Below are positions 27,801 through 37,565 of a stretch of DNA of 64,000 nt, piece after piece; the first letter of the stretch is position 1; every line of letters begins with the position of its first letter. This DNA is from an uncultured Planctomycetia bacterium (GTDB taxonomy: Bacteria > Omnitrophota > Gorgyraeia > Duberdicusellales > Duberdicusellaceae): assembly GCA_964634935.1 (NCBI GenBank), contig CAZWJT010000001.1, positions 16,203 to 80,202 of the forward strand. The letters run 5' to 3'. The notes under the pieces were generated by a model. That model saw only the letters and a program-made list of their open reading frames with translations, ran no database searches and was not told the DNA's origin. A program made the position numbers and the translations under genes.

Positions 27801-28535
27801 TTATTTCTTTGCATGAATTATAAGATGCCGTCCAAATAACAGTTCTCTTGAAAAAAGTATCCGATGTATCCGCTGAAAACCAACATTCCCCTTTCTCCGA
27901 TCTCTGCGCTCTTTTAGATAGGCTTGTCCCTTTAAAAATGGACTTAAGAAAAAATAAAGAAATTTGAGCGGCATACGTTCTAAATCAGTATAAATTCCAG
28001 CCACGCGCAACTTATTCTTGCAAAGAAGATACTCCAGTTCGTGATAACGCCAAGGAATAACATGCATGTTTTGGAAAGCACCCGGAAAAACCCGACAATA
28101 ATCAGCTAATGGCTCACGAAAAAAATCAAAACTACCCTCAAACAAAAATCTCATCCTTGAGCCTACATTCAAGATGTTTGGTGTGGATAAAAATAAACTA
28201 CCATCGGACTTTAACACCCTCTGTATTTCAGAAATAACAAAATCCGGGTTATAGAGATGTTCAATTACCTCAAGAAAAAGAACAAAATCAAATGCTTTAT
28301 CGGAAAATGGAAGCGGAAAACTAAGGTTAGAATGGATAAAAGGTATTTCCTGGTCAAACTGGAATCTCTGTTTGTCCATGTCTGATGCCGTAACCGAAAA
28401 ACCTAAATCAAATAAACGCTTTGAGGTTATTCCATGCCCGCAGCCTAAATCAAGAACAGCGCCCTTTGTCTGCTGAGAACAGAGAGCAATGACTTTCTCT
28501 GAAAGATAATTTTGTGAGCGTTTATTGATTTTCAT
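27801..28535 (-). CDS. class I SAM-dependent methyltransferase
   Basis: VLDLGCGHG (motif I) and a D/E acidic loop. 244 aa. Confidence 0.7.
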   Translation of the reverse strand: MKINKRSQNYLSEKVIALCSQQTKGAVLDLGCGHGITSKRLFDLGFSVTASDMDKQRFQFDQEIPFIHSNLSFPLPFSDKAFDFVLFLEVIEHLYNPDFVISEIQRVLKSDGSLFLSTPNILNVGSRMRFLFEGSFDFFREPLADYCRVFPGAFQNMHVIPWRYHELEYLLCKNKLRVAGIYTDLERMPLKFLYFFLSPFLKGQAYLKERRDRRKGNVGFQRIHRILFSRELLFGRHLIIHAKK

Positions 28536-28840
28536 AGAGATAACTCTCCATGCTCTGTCGCATAGAAACTACTCAAAGAGCCCCCGCATTTGTTTATTAA
28601 CTCTTGCTTCTGCTTCCGTGTTAATTTCTTAAATCGTAATTCGGCAAGAAACGCTGGCTTAAAATATTTATATTCCCGATACCATACAAGCTTCACGGGA
28701 AGTCTGGCGCGTGTGTACTTCGCTCCTTTCCCTGAAGCATGAAGCTTAAAGCGCTCGGCAAGATCTGAAGTATATCCCGTATAGTAGGTAGAATCGGCAC
28801 ATTGCAGTATATAGACATAGAATTTACCGCTCCGTTTCAC
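28532..28840 (-). CDS. GIY-YIG domain protein (UPF0213 type)
   Basis: FYVYILQCADSTYYTGYTSDLAERFKLH is the canonical GIY-YIG block. 102 aa. Confidence 0.8.
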   Translation of the reverse strand: MKRSGKFYVYILQCADSTYYTGYTSDLAERFKLHASGKGAKYTRARLPVKLVWYREYKYFKPAFLAELRFKKLTRKQKQELINKCGGSLSSFYATEHGELSL

Positions 28841-28934
28841 AAGTATGTATTATAGCAGAAGAACGAAATTCTCTGACAATTTTTTACAGACGTAGTACGA
28901 CAACCTTGGAAAAAGCAGGAAAAAATTTCCGCAC

Positions 28935-31022
28935 CTAAACTCTTCGTTCCTGTATCGGAAGCACAAAGTAAAAGACTGATCCCGACCCAGATACTGATTC
29001 AACCCAAATCTTGCCACGATGCGATTCAATAATTTTTTTAGAGATAGCAAGCCCAAGACCACTGCTTCCTTTGCTGCGTTCGCCTGAGTTGTGCAACTGA
29101 ACAAATTGCTGGAACAATTTCGTGATGTCCTCTGCTTTAATGCCAGGTCCAGTGTCCGAAACAGACACTTCAACAATGTTATTCTTGCAAATGGTAGCTA
29201 CCGTAACCTGCCCTTTTTCGGTAAATTTTAAAGCATTACTCAGAAGATTCGTTATCACCTGAATAATTTTATCCCGGTCAAACTCAATCCGCGGTATATG
29301 CTCTCCAAGCTTCAAAAACAACCCGATACCTTTTGCCTTCGCCATCGGCTCCATACTCGCATATACCTCCCGAGCAACTTCATTGATATCATGCTCCTGA
29401 AATACAAAAGACATCTTGCCTGAATCAAGTTTCTGAAAATCAAGAACTGAGTTAATAAGCCGTGTTAACCTCTCCACGTTCCGTTTTGCAAGATTCAAAA
29501 ATTCTGTCTGTTCTGGACTTAATGTTCCGGTTGTGCCATCTAAAACAATAGCAATGCCCTCTTTGATTGCTGTCAACGGGGTCCTCAATTCATGGGAAAC
29601 CATTGAAGTAAAATCTGATTTTATCGCAAGAGCAAGTTCCAGTTTCTTTTTCACTTCGGTTAAATCCTCTAGAATATTCATCGTTGCCTCCTGGGTTCTC
29701 GTTAATTCACGAGTACGATCTGTAACTTTTTCTTCCAGATGCTTCGATAGCTCTTCGAGTTCTTTCTGAGTCTGTAAGAGTATATTTTGTTTTGACTTGA
29801 TCTGGGAAATCATCTCTTGAAAAGTTTCGGAGAATTGCTCGATTTCATCACGAGTGTGGATATCAAGCGAATAATTCCAGTTACCCTCGAGAATCTTTTC
29901 AGTCGCCATATGTAATTCATGAATCGGTTTGGAAAAGATAGAACCAAAAACATAACCCAAAGGAATGATAAGCATAATAAGTAAAAAAAGAACAAAAAGA
30001 AGATTTGCTATATATTTTGTAAGAGGAATGAAAGCTTCTCGGGAATCCTGGGCAAACACGACAAACAAGATCGGCCCATCTTCTTGCACCGGGGAAAGCC
30101 GGGATCGTGCAAATACCATAAGTATTTTCTCGTGATGTGGAATAAACTTGTCTTTTTCTTCGCTATGCGCGCGCGGATCAGCTATGAGCCACCCATTCTC
30201 TTGGCCTAAGATACGAGGAATCAGATTTTCTGGTAGAATTTTCTGGGTTAATGGCGTTACATTCTGATGAAAAATAACAGTACCCTGTTCATCCACCAAG
30301 CTAGCATGCCCGGTGGTTCCTGCACGAAAATCAGAGAGTATGGATATTACCGATGAGAGATTAAGAACCCCCTTGCAGACACCGATTACTTTTCTGCTAG
30401 AATCGAAGATCGGCACAGCAAGCGGAAGCGAAAATACTCCAGCAGACTCATCAAACTCCACATTACCGATATAATTACTTCCGGCACCATCTGAAAATGC
30501 TGCCTGCCACCATCGTTCGTCTGCTTGATAAAAATCAGAAGTTTTATCCGAGCTGGCAACGAGACCACCATACTGGTCGGTAATAAAGAGTTCCGCTATA
30601 CGCGTATCACTCGCTGCTATTTCTTTCAGTTCTTGAGCGAGTGGTGTCGCAAGCTGCATCGCAAAAACTTCCTCATTCTCGGAGTGTTTCCATGTGGAAT
30701 CTTTCTCGATGAGCAATTGTTCTATTTCGTCGGACTTCAGAGAAACGTATCCCTTATTAGCCTGGCGAATCTCCTCCTTCCAAGATGTGCTTCTTGAATA
30801 TACGCGTAAATCCTCAAGCTCTTCATGGATAATTCTTTCCAAGGCCGCAACAAGAACTTTGACTTCGAGTAACCTTTGGTCCACGAGAATCTTTGTGATC
30901 AGGGTTTTCCCATAAAAATATGCAGCAACAGCGCCGCTCAACGCTACAACAAGAGCAAAACAACAAATCAACAATGTCACTTTCCTCTGAATACCCCGTT
31001 TAGACTTCTTTTTTGTGTTCAT
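28935..31022 (-). CDS. sensor histidine kinase (TM, extracytoplasmic dCache-like domain, TM, HAMP, HisKA, HATPase_c)
   Basis: SHELRTPLTAI H-box. N, G1 (DTGPGI) and G2 (GSSGLGLAI) boxes. Two TM helices flank a ~300-aa sensor domain. Start chosen at MNTKKK. Confidence 0.8.
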   Translation of the reverse strand: MNTKKKSKRGIQRKVTLLICCFALVVALSGAVAAYFYGKTLITKILVDQRLLEVKVLVAALERIIHEELEDLRVYSRSTSWKEEIRQANKGYVSLKSDEIEQLLIEKDSTWKHSENEEVFAMQLATPLAQELKEIAASDTRIAELFITDQYGGLVASSDKTSDFYQADERWWQAAFSDGAGSNYIGNVEFDESAGVFSLPLAVPIFDSSRKVIGVCKGVLNLSSVISILSDFRAGTTGHASLVDEQGTVIFHQNVTPLTQKILPENLIPRILGQENGWLIADPRAHSEEKDKFIPHHEKILMVFARSRLSPVQEDGPILFVVFAQDSREAFIPLTKYIANLLFVLFLLIMLIIPLGYVFGSIFSKPIHELHMATEKILEGNWNYSLDIHTRDEIEQFSETFQEMISQIKSKQNILLQTQKELEELSKHLEEKVTDRTRELTRTQEATMNILEDLTEVKKKLELALAIKSDFTSMVSHELRTPLTAIKEGIAIVLDGTTGTLSPEQTEFLNLAKRNVERLTRLINSVLDFQKLDSGKMSFVFQEHDINEVAREVYASMEPMAKAKGIGLFLKLGEHIPRIEFDRDKIIQVITNLLSNALKFTEKGQVTVATICKNNIVEVSVSDTGPGIKAEDITKLFQQFVQLHNSGERSKGSSGLGLAISKKIIESHRGKIWVESVSGSGSVFYFVLPIQERRV

Positions 31023-31353
31023 CTGATTGCATTGTTGTGCCATCCGGTAGCAAATTCTCAGGGACATTTTTTCCAGACTCTCTCAGCAGATAACGTTGGC
31101 AGGTATTCGCTTGTAGCGTTAAGCAATATCGCTCAGTAAGCTTCACAAGCGCATCAAAGTTTAGGGCTCCAAAATACTTAAAAAGAACGCATTGTTTTAT
31201 ATAGATACACGCAACATCTGGATTTTGGAGCACCTGATAAAAAGGGCATCCTTTATATCTTTCGCTCGTGCAGAATTCAAAAGTATCCTGCGGTATATTT
31301 CCTACATGGTTGGTACACTCCCGAATATAATCTATGAATAACGGACAATTCAT
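31000..31353 (-). CDS. hypothetical Cys-rich small protein (8 Cys)
   Basis: 117 aa. Overlaps the kinase start and the PAS-protein stop (ATGA). No recognised motif. Confidence 0.4.
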   Translation of the reverse strand: MNCPLFIDYIRECTNHVGNIPQDTFEFCTSERYKGCPFYQVLQNPDVACIYIKQCVLFKYFGALNFDALVKLTERYCLTLQANTCQRYLLRESGKNVPENLLPDGTTMQSDEHKKEV

Positions 31354-31955
31354 AATTGTTGCGAAAGCTGTAACTTCAGTTTCGCAAGCTCTGCCTTAAG
31401 CTCTTTCATTCTTAACTCCCGGTCCACCGTAATGCGCTGGAAACGCTCGAGCGCTTCTATTTTTTTCGTTAACTCCTGCTCGGACATCTTGTAACCAGTC
31501 ACATCATATACCAGATGGACCGAACCCAAAAATTCTCCCTCGGCGCTAAAAAGCGGTGAAGTAGTAACCCTCAGATACAACTGCAGGCGTTCATCAAAAA
31601 ACTCAGCACTATGTTTTTCTTGAGTAGCAATAGTATGCGTGTGAGGACAAACCCACAAAGGACTTTTGGTGCCATGGACTATTTCATAACAATGCTTACC
31701 AAGCGCGTCGTCCGGATTTATCTTTAATGCAGAGGCAAAAGACTGATTAATACGTACCACTCTATGATCTTTATCAATCAAAGCGACCATCTCTGTTATA
31801 GAGTTAAATATTTTCTCCCATTCATCTTCCTGGAGACGCAGTTTCGCTATTACCTGTTCAAGCTCAGATTGCTTCTCCAGCAGACGATTCAGTTCTTCCT
31901 GAAGAATTTTTATCTTGTTGTTTAAAGATTCAGACTCAGCGGCATTGCGATCCAT
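31350..31955 (-). CDS. PAS-domain protein flanked by coiled coils
   Basis: N-terminal and C-terminal heptad-rich segments (LQEELNRLLEKQSELEQVIAKL; LKAELAKLKLQLSQQL) around a PAS-like core. Confidence 0.55.
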   Translation of the reverse strand: MDRNAAESESLNNKIKILQEELNRLLEKQSELEQVIAKLRLQEDEWEKIFNSITEMVALIDKDHRVVRINQSFASALKINPDDALGKHCYEIVHGTKSPLWVCPHTHTIATQEKHSAEFFDERLQLYLRVTTSPLFSAEGEFLGSVHLVYDVTGYKMSEQELTKKIEALERFQRITVDRELRMKELKAELAKLKLQLSQQL

Positions 31956-31968
31956 ACATGCTCCAGAT

Positions 31969-34065
31969 CTATCTTCTGTGTAAAATCATCTTAATCCGCG
32001 CCAGCAACTTGTCAGAATCAAAGGGTTTGATAATATAGTCATCCGCGCCTTGCGCAAAACCCTCAAGCTCACTTGACTTATCCTGCCGAGCAGTCAGCAT
32101 AATTACCGGAATCACTGCTGTTTCTAAACGCGATCGCAAATGGCGCAACATCTCGAAACCGTTCATCTTCGGCATAGTAACATCACTAATAATCAAATCC
32201 GGCTTGGCCCGATGCGCAAGCTCTAGAGCTTCGCTTCCGTCGCGGGCGACAATCACTTGATACCCAAAGCTCTGCAATCGGGCTTCGAGAATCCTTAAAA
32301 TATCCTCTTCATCATCGGCGATAAGAATTTTTATTTTTTGTCCGGTATCCCGGGAAAACTTATCGATTCTATCCTCTTCTCTCACTCCAATAACCCGAAT
32401 AAGCTCATCGAGGGTGCTCATTCCGGATGCAACTTTGTCCATCCCGGAATAGATAAGGGGCTTGAGACCGTTGTTTTGGGCGGCGAGGAAAATCTGTTCT
32501 TCAGGAACTTCTTCGGCAATTAGTCTACGGATAGAATCATTGATTGCCATCATCTCAAAAATAGCTGTTCTCCCCATATATCCAGTAAAATTGCATCGCG
32601 GACATCCTTTGCCATGGAAAAATTTAGTAATCCGCAACTCTTCTATGTGTTTTCGAAAATCAGCAATTAAATTTTGCGGAGGAACATATTCTTCCCGACA
32701 ATCAGAACAAATCACTTTTATAAGCCTCTGTGCCACTATCAGGACAACCGACGAAGCAATACTATACGCTTCAACACCTAAATCTCTCAGGCGCGTTACC
32801 GAAGAAACAGAATTATTTGTGTGCATTGTCGAAAGAACCAGATGTCCGGTAAGTGAAGATTGGAATGCGATTTCCGCTGTCTCTTGGTCTCGGATTTCGC
32901 CTACGAGAATAATATTAGGATCCTGTCGTAAAATACTCCTCAATCCGGTAGCAAAGGTGACATTCTTCTGAGGATTTACCTGCATTTGGTTAACCCCCGC
33001 GATAAGATACTCAATCGGATCTTCAATGGTGACGATGTTTTTTGTCTCGTGCTTTATATAATTTAAAGCGGCGTAAAGCGTGCTGGTTTTCCCTGAACCA
33101 GTAGGCCCAGTTACTAAAATCATTCCCTGGGGTTTCCGAATGGCACTCTGAAAAATATGCGAATCAGAAGAACTTAAGCCTATTTTGGCTAAATCGATCT
33201 TTGCCTCTTGAAGATCAAGGAGTCGCATCTCAACTTTTTCTCCGAAAAAAGTTGGAATAACCGAAACACGCAGATCAATCTTCCTGCCATATACAAGAAT
33301 TTTGCTTCGCCCGTCTTGTGGCTTGCGCGTCTCAGCAATATCAAGCTCGGAAAGAATCTTGAGACGAGAAACAATGAACGGATGGAGGGCGGCGGGAATC
33401 CGCATAACATTTTGGAGATCTCCGTCTACCCGATAACGCACGATTACCTCGGATTCTTGCACTTCGACATGAATATCACTTGCCCGGGCTTTCACGGCAT
33501 CGGTAATAATAAGGGTACAAAGACGAACTACCGGAGCGTCTGAATCTTCAATAAGCTGAACAGCGCCGCTGGATGTGAATTTTTTAATCGGCTCAAGAGA
33601 TGTTTGATCGACAATATTCTTTAAAATATCATACACCGTTTCATCTGAATGATAGTGCTGCTCAAGAAAAACCTTAATCACACTTTTTGAACAGAGAATT
33701 GGCTGAATATCCTTTTTCGCAATAACCGCAAGGTCATCCCGCGCGATAACATCTTGAGGATCACTCATCGCAAGAACAAGTGCATTTCTTTCAATCCGAA
33801 CAGGAAACACGCCATATCGTTTTGCCAGTTCATAGGGAACAAGCTTAACAACTTCAGGATCAAACGACTCAGCGGAAAGATCGCATATGGGCATATGGAA
33901 AACTTCCGCGGCTACTTCAACCACCACTTCTTCCTTGATAAAACCCATATCAATAAGCACTTCGTGCAAAGGAATTTTTGCTCCCTGCTGTTTTGATCTG
34001 GCATCATTGATTTGCTCTTGAGTCACCAGTTCTTTTTCCAATAATGCGGTTACGAGTAGTGACAT
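31969..34065 (-). CDS. GspE/PilB-family secretion ATPase fused to a C-terminal CheY-like receiver domain
   Basis: T2SSE_N-like N-domain. Walker A GPTGSGKTST and tetracysteine (CSDC...CPRC). C-terminal ILIADDEEDI...DLIISDVTMPKMNGFE...K receiver domain with the phospho-acceptor Asp. Confidence 0.8.
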   Translation of the reverse strand: MSLLVTALLEKELVTQEQINDARSKQQGAKIPLHEVLIDMGFIKEEVVVEVAAEVFHMPICDLSAESFDPEVVKLVPYELAKRYGVFPVRIERNALVLAMSDPQDVIARDDLAVIAKKDIQPILCSKSVIKVFLEQHYHSDETVYDILKNIVDQTSLEPIKKFTSSGAVQLIEDSDAPVVRLCTLIITDAVKARASDIHVEVQESEVIVRYRVDGDLQNVMRIPAALHPFIVSRLKILSELDIAETRKPQDGRSKILVYGRKIDLRVSVIPTFFGEKVEMRLLDLQEAKIDLAKIGLSSSDSHIFQSAIRKPQGMILVTGPTGSGKTSTLYAALNYIKHETKNIVTIEDPIEYLIAGVNQMQVNPQKNVTFATGLRSILRQDPNIILVGEIRDQETAEIAFQSSLTGHLVLSTMHTNNSVSSVTRLRDLGVEAYSIASSVVLIVAQRLIKVICSDCREEYVPPQNLIADFRKHIEELRITKFFHGKGCPRCNFTGYMGRTAIFEMMAINDSIRRLIAEEVPEEQIFLAAQNNGLKPLIYSGMDKVASGMSTLDELIRVIGVREEDRIDKFSRDTGQKIKILIADDEEDILRILEARLQSFGYQVIVARDGSEALELAHRAKPDLIISDVTMPKMNGFEMLRHLRSRLETAVIPVIMLTARQDKSSELEGFAQGADDYIIKPFDSDKLLARIKMILHRR

Positions 34066-34112
34066 ATTATTGTTGCATGAAATGAGTTTCTAACGAGTAT
34101 GCCCTCGAAAGT

Positions 34113-35600
34113 TTACAGGTTTTTTGTGCATCTGCAATCATCTTGTTTTTGCCTTTTGGGTATATTTTGTTTATCTTGAGAATACATCTTATCGCGCATA
34201 CCGGAGGAATTACCCAACCAACAATAGAGACATAAATTTTCCCTGGGAAGCCCGATAGCAGACACCATATCTTCTATGGTCTGAAAACGCAATGTGGTAA
34301 CCCCTAAATCTTTCGTAATCCAAGAAACCATCTGCTGGTATTTCTCAGAGTGAGGACTCAAGTAATCGGACACATCGTCAATGTCGTGTCCCTCAAGAGC
34401 ACGAATTGCACGGCGGGCGGCAAGCTCATGAATGCTCCGGGTAGAAAGACAAAATTTGCAGGGAAACAGCAACGGTGGACACGCAGGTCGAACATGGATT
34501 TCCCGGGCGCCGTTCTCCCACAATTTATTTGTAGTAAAATTTTTGAGTTGGGTTCCACGCACTATTGAATCTTCACAAACAACAATCCGCTGCCCGGCAA
34601 TAATTTCCCGGATAGGAACAAGCTTCATACGGGCTATCAAATCTCTCGTTTCTTGTGACGGAGGCGTATAACTTCTCCCGTATCCCGGCGTATACTTGAC
34701 GAGCGGCCGACGATGCGGAATTCCGGATTCCATGGAATAACCAATAGCATGCGCTGTCCCCGAATCAGGAATCCCGCAAACAAGATCCGCCTGCATATCA
34801 ATGTCTTTCTTCGCCAAAAACCTTCCACATCGCTCCCGAACTGTTTCCACGGTAATCCCTTCATAGCTTGAGGCTGGAAAACCAGTATAAATCCAAAGAA
34901 AAGAACAAATTTGTTTTTTACTCATTCCTGAAACTTTAGAAACTATGCCGGTTTCATTCAATAAAACGATCTCCCCGGGATCAAGATATTTAACTATAGT
35001 AAAACCGAGGTTTGGAAACGCGCTGGTCTCTGTGGCAATAGCCCAATCGTTATCTTTTTGTGCGATAACCAGTGGCGTATAACCAAACCTATCCCGAGCA
35101 GCATAAATTCCGTCTTTATGCAGAATAAGCAACGAACAAGAACCCTCAATAAGATCAAACATCCGCTCAATTCCGTTTTCTAGTGTTACCCCTTCAAGAA
35201 TAAGTTTTCCAATAAGCTCAGTAACATTCACTCCGCTTTTTCCTACCTCGCTGAACGAAACACCCCCCTGAAGTAAACGTTCCGCCAGAATTTCTTTATT
35301 TTCCAAAAGTCCCGCGGTAACAATACAAAAGGAACCAAATTTTGAATGTAGATAAATGGGTTGCTCGTTGCTATCACTAATAACCCCGATTCCCTTATTC
35401 CCATGCATATGCTTATAATCTTCGAAGAATTTAGACTTAAACTGGCTCTGGCTGATATTATGAATATGCCGGCTGAGTTTTTCTCCTAGAATAGCAAGTC
35501 CTCCATATTCTGTCCCAAGGTGCGAATGATAATCTGTTCCATAAAATAAAAATTGTGCGCAATCTCCTTGGGCGCAAACTGTTCCAAAAATTCCACTCAT
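34113..35600 (-). CDS. amidophosphoribosyltransferase (PurF)-like protein with Ser in place of the N-terminal nucleophile Cys
   Basis: Ntn-type glutamine amidotransferase domain (MSGIFG..., GIGVISD) plus a type-I PRTase motif VVCEDSIVRGTQL. Codon 2 is AGT (Ser), where PurF has TGT (Cys1). Confidence 0.7.
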   Translation of the reverse strand: MSGIFGTVCAQGDCAQFLFYGTDYHSHLGTEYGGLAILGEKLSRHIHNISQSQFKSKFFEDYKHMHGNKGIGVISDSNEQPIYLHSKFGSFCIVTAGLLENKEILAERLLQGGVSFSEVGKSGVNVTELIGKLILEGVTLENGIERMFDLIEGSCSLLILHKDGIYAARDRFGYTPLVIAQKDNDWAIATETSAFPNLGFTIVKYLDPGEIVLLNETGIVSKVSGMSKKQICSFLWIYTGFPASSYEGITVETVRERCGRFLAKKDIDMQADLVCGIPDSGTAHAIGYSMESGIPHRRPLVKYTPGYGRSYTPPSQETRDLIARMKLVPIREIIAGQRIVVCEDSIVRGTQLKNFTTNKLWENGAREIHVRPACPPLLFPCKFCLSTRSIHELAARRAIRALEGHDIDDVSDYLSPHSEKYQQMVSWITKDLGVTTLRFQTIEDMVSAIGLPRENLCLYCWLGNSSGMRDKMYSQDKQNIPKRQKQDDCRCTKNL

Positions 35601-35654
35601 AGCATATCCTCCCGATGTTATCAGCCTGTACCGAAAATTCGCCTCAGAAAAAAA

Positions 35655-37535
35655 TCAATTCTTCTCAACCGGAGAAAAATTTCCTTCATCCTGCGGCTTT
35701 ACTCCCATTATTTCTTTTGGCCTAGTAATTTGAAAAACCTTATTGAAGTCGGAAAATAATTGCATGTACTCAAGATCAACCGGGTTATTTTTTGCCGTAG
35801 TTCCTTTAACTTTTACCACCGTTTTCACGATAGTTTTCGATGCTTTATCAATCCAAATAAACAGAGAGAAAGAGATATTATCTTCGCTCTGTTTCTGGTA
35901 AAAATCAAGCAGTTGTTTTGGCTTGTATTCTAAAACCGCGTATCGGCTTCCTGAACAATAGATTTCTCCGGGGTCAGGGCTATTCTCTTCCATAAGCTTC
36001 AGGTATTTTTCGATAGTAAGAAAATTGTTTGTTTTATTCCGATCCCAGGTTTGACTTGTATTTTCCGGCTCCTCAAACCACATGCCAATCTCAAAATAGT
36101 GCTTCTTTTCAATACTCATCCACCGGTCAGCAACCCCATGCTCATGATCCTGCTGCATCACTGAAAATCTATCCGGGGTTTCATACTGGATATCCCACTC
36201 GATACCCTTGTATTGTTTCGATTGTAACTTCTCGTTGGTAAAATCAAACATATACAATCTGCTCCCATATGAACTTGCCGCGCGGACAGCCGCGATGGTT
36301 TCTTTGACCAAATTCGTAAGAGCAACCGCTTCTTGAATCTTTTCGAGCTTATTGATTTCCAGAACTTCAAGCCTCGCATAATCTAGCTCCCGCTCAAGAA
36401 GAGCAGCCGATTCACTGCCGAGCGACCGTAAAGAATCGATCTCCAAAGATGCTCCCTGAAAATCTCGGTTCCTCAGGTGAATCATTCCAAGGGAATAATG
36501 CGCAAAAGCATCATTGGGATTCTCTAAAATAAGCTGTTTCAAGCGGTATGCCGCCTCTGAAATATTATAATCAGAAAGGTATTTCATAATCACCATTCTC
36601 AAAAGCTCTATTCTGGCAGAACCTTTCTGCCGTGCAATTTCTTCTAGACAAATCTCAAAAACCCTGGGATGTTGGCGACAATTACTGTCTAAAGACCAGC
36701 TGGCAGACCATTTAGTTACAAGATATAAAAATTCCTGATCAGTTAAACGGAGCGCATCCCGAATCGCGTGAAAAGCCTCTGGATCTTTCTTTGAGTACCG
36801 CAAGGACTTTGCCAAAATAATATCTAAATCGTCCCTTGTTGTAATTTCCTGTTTCTTGAGGTCAGAGGCAATTTGTAAACGGGTATTCAAAAGCTGTATG
36901 ATTTTCTCTTTTTCTTGAGACGCAGCCTGGCTCCTCAAGTATTCGGTTAATTTAGAACGAACCCTATCCGGCCAATTCAGCACACTAATAATTTTCTGAA
37001 CCGCTCCAGCGTCCCCGGAAACCATAAATTCAGCCCACAAGAAATCAAGATCCTCCGCAGTCTGTGCTTCCCGTAAGAGCGGGTTAAATTTCATTGGAAA
37101 ATCCTGAGCAAGAAAACTTTGAATAATTTCGCGCTCTTGAGAAAAATCGGTATCCTGAACTTTGCTCAAAAGGAAGTCTTGCACTTCTTTCGTCGCACAA
37201 AATTGGAAAACCTGAAGAAGAAAAATTCTTCCCTTGGATGACGCAGTCGCAAAAAGCTCCAGGTAACTGGAAAGTATCTCGGGAGAAAACTGAGCAATCC
37301 GCCCAAATGAATAAGCAGTGCTGTTTAAATTCTTTTGCTGGGTAGCGTTTAAACCATTAAAGAATGAAGAAGAAATAAACTCTTTCAGTGCTTGCGGAAC
37401 TTTTTCTGGAAGGGGGTGGACATAGTAATAAGTGAGAATGTCTCCTACCTTGTTTTTCGGATCCTCTTGAGCATACATCATGCTTACCCCAATCCAGAAA
37501 AGAAAAAACATAGAAAGAATTTTCATCCCGCGCAT
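35655..37535 (-). CDS. hypothetical exported protein with TPR-like segment
   Basis: Signal peptide MRGMKILSMFFLFWIGVSMMYAQ. 626 aa. One TPR-like stretch (AYRLKQLILENPNDAFAHYSLGMIHL). Confidence 0.45.
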   Translation of the reverse strand: MRGMKILSMFFLFWIGVSMMYAQEDPKNKVGDILTYYYVHPLPEKVPQALKEFISSSFFNGLNATQQKNLNSTAYSFGRIAQFSPEILSSYLELFATASSKGRIFLLQVFQFCATKEVQDFLLSKVQDTDFSQEREIIQSFLAQDFPMKFNPLLREAQTAEDLDFLWAEFMVSGDAGAVQKIISVLNWPDRVRSKLTEYLRSQAASQEKEKIIQLLNTRLQIASDLKKQEITTRDDLDIILAKSLRYSKKDPEAFHAIRDALRLTDQEFLYLVTKWSASWSLDSNCRQHPRVFEICLEEIARQKGSARIELLRMVIMKYLSDYNISEAAYRLKQLILENPNDAFAHYSLGMIHLRNRDFQGASLEIDSLRSLGSESAALLERELDYARLEVLEINKLEKIQEAVALTNLVKETIAAVRAASSYGSRLYMFDFTNEKLQSKQYKGIEWDIQYETPDRFSVMQQDHEHGVADRWMSIEKKHYFEIGMWFEEPENTSQTWDRNKTNNFLTIEKYLKLMEENSPDPGEIYCSGSRYAVLEYKPKQLLDFYQKQSEDNISFSLFIWIDKASKTIVKTVVKVKGTTAKNNPVDLEYMQLFSDFNKVFQITRPKEIMGVKPQDEGNFSPVEKN

Positions 37536-37565
37536 ACCAGCTCCTTGTGGTTCGCAAAAATTATT

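Noticed and set aside
28532-28840. GIY-YIG protein as a homing endonuclease or mobile element marker
   Set aside because: It is a 102-aa stand-alone UPF0213-type GIY-YIG domain with no DNA-binding extension. No intron or intein context and no flanking repeats. It is more likely a housekeeping nuclease.
28850-29176. 108-aa minus-strand ORF
   Set aside because: Out-of-frame overlap with the HATPase domain of the sensor kinase. The kinase frame carries the conserved G-boxes.
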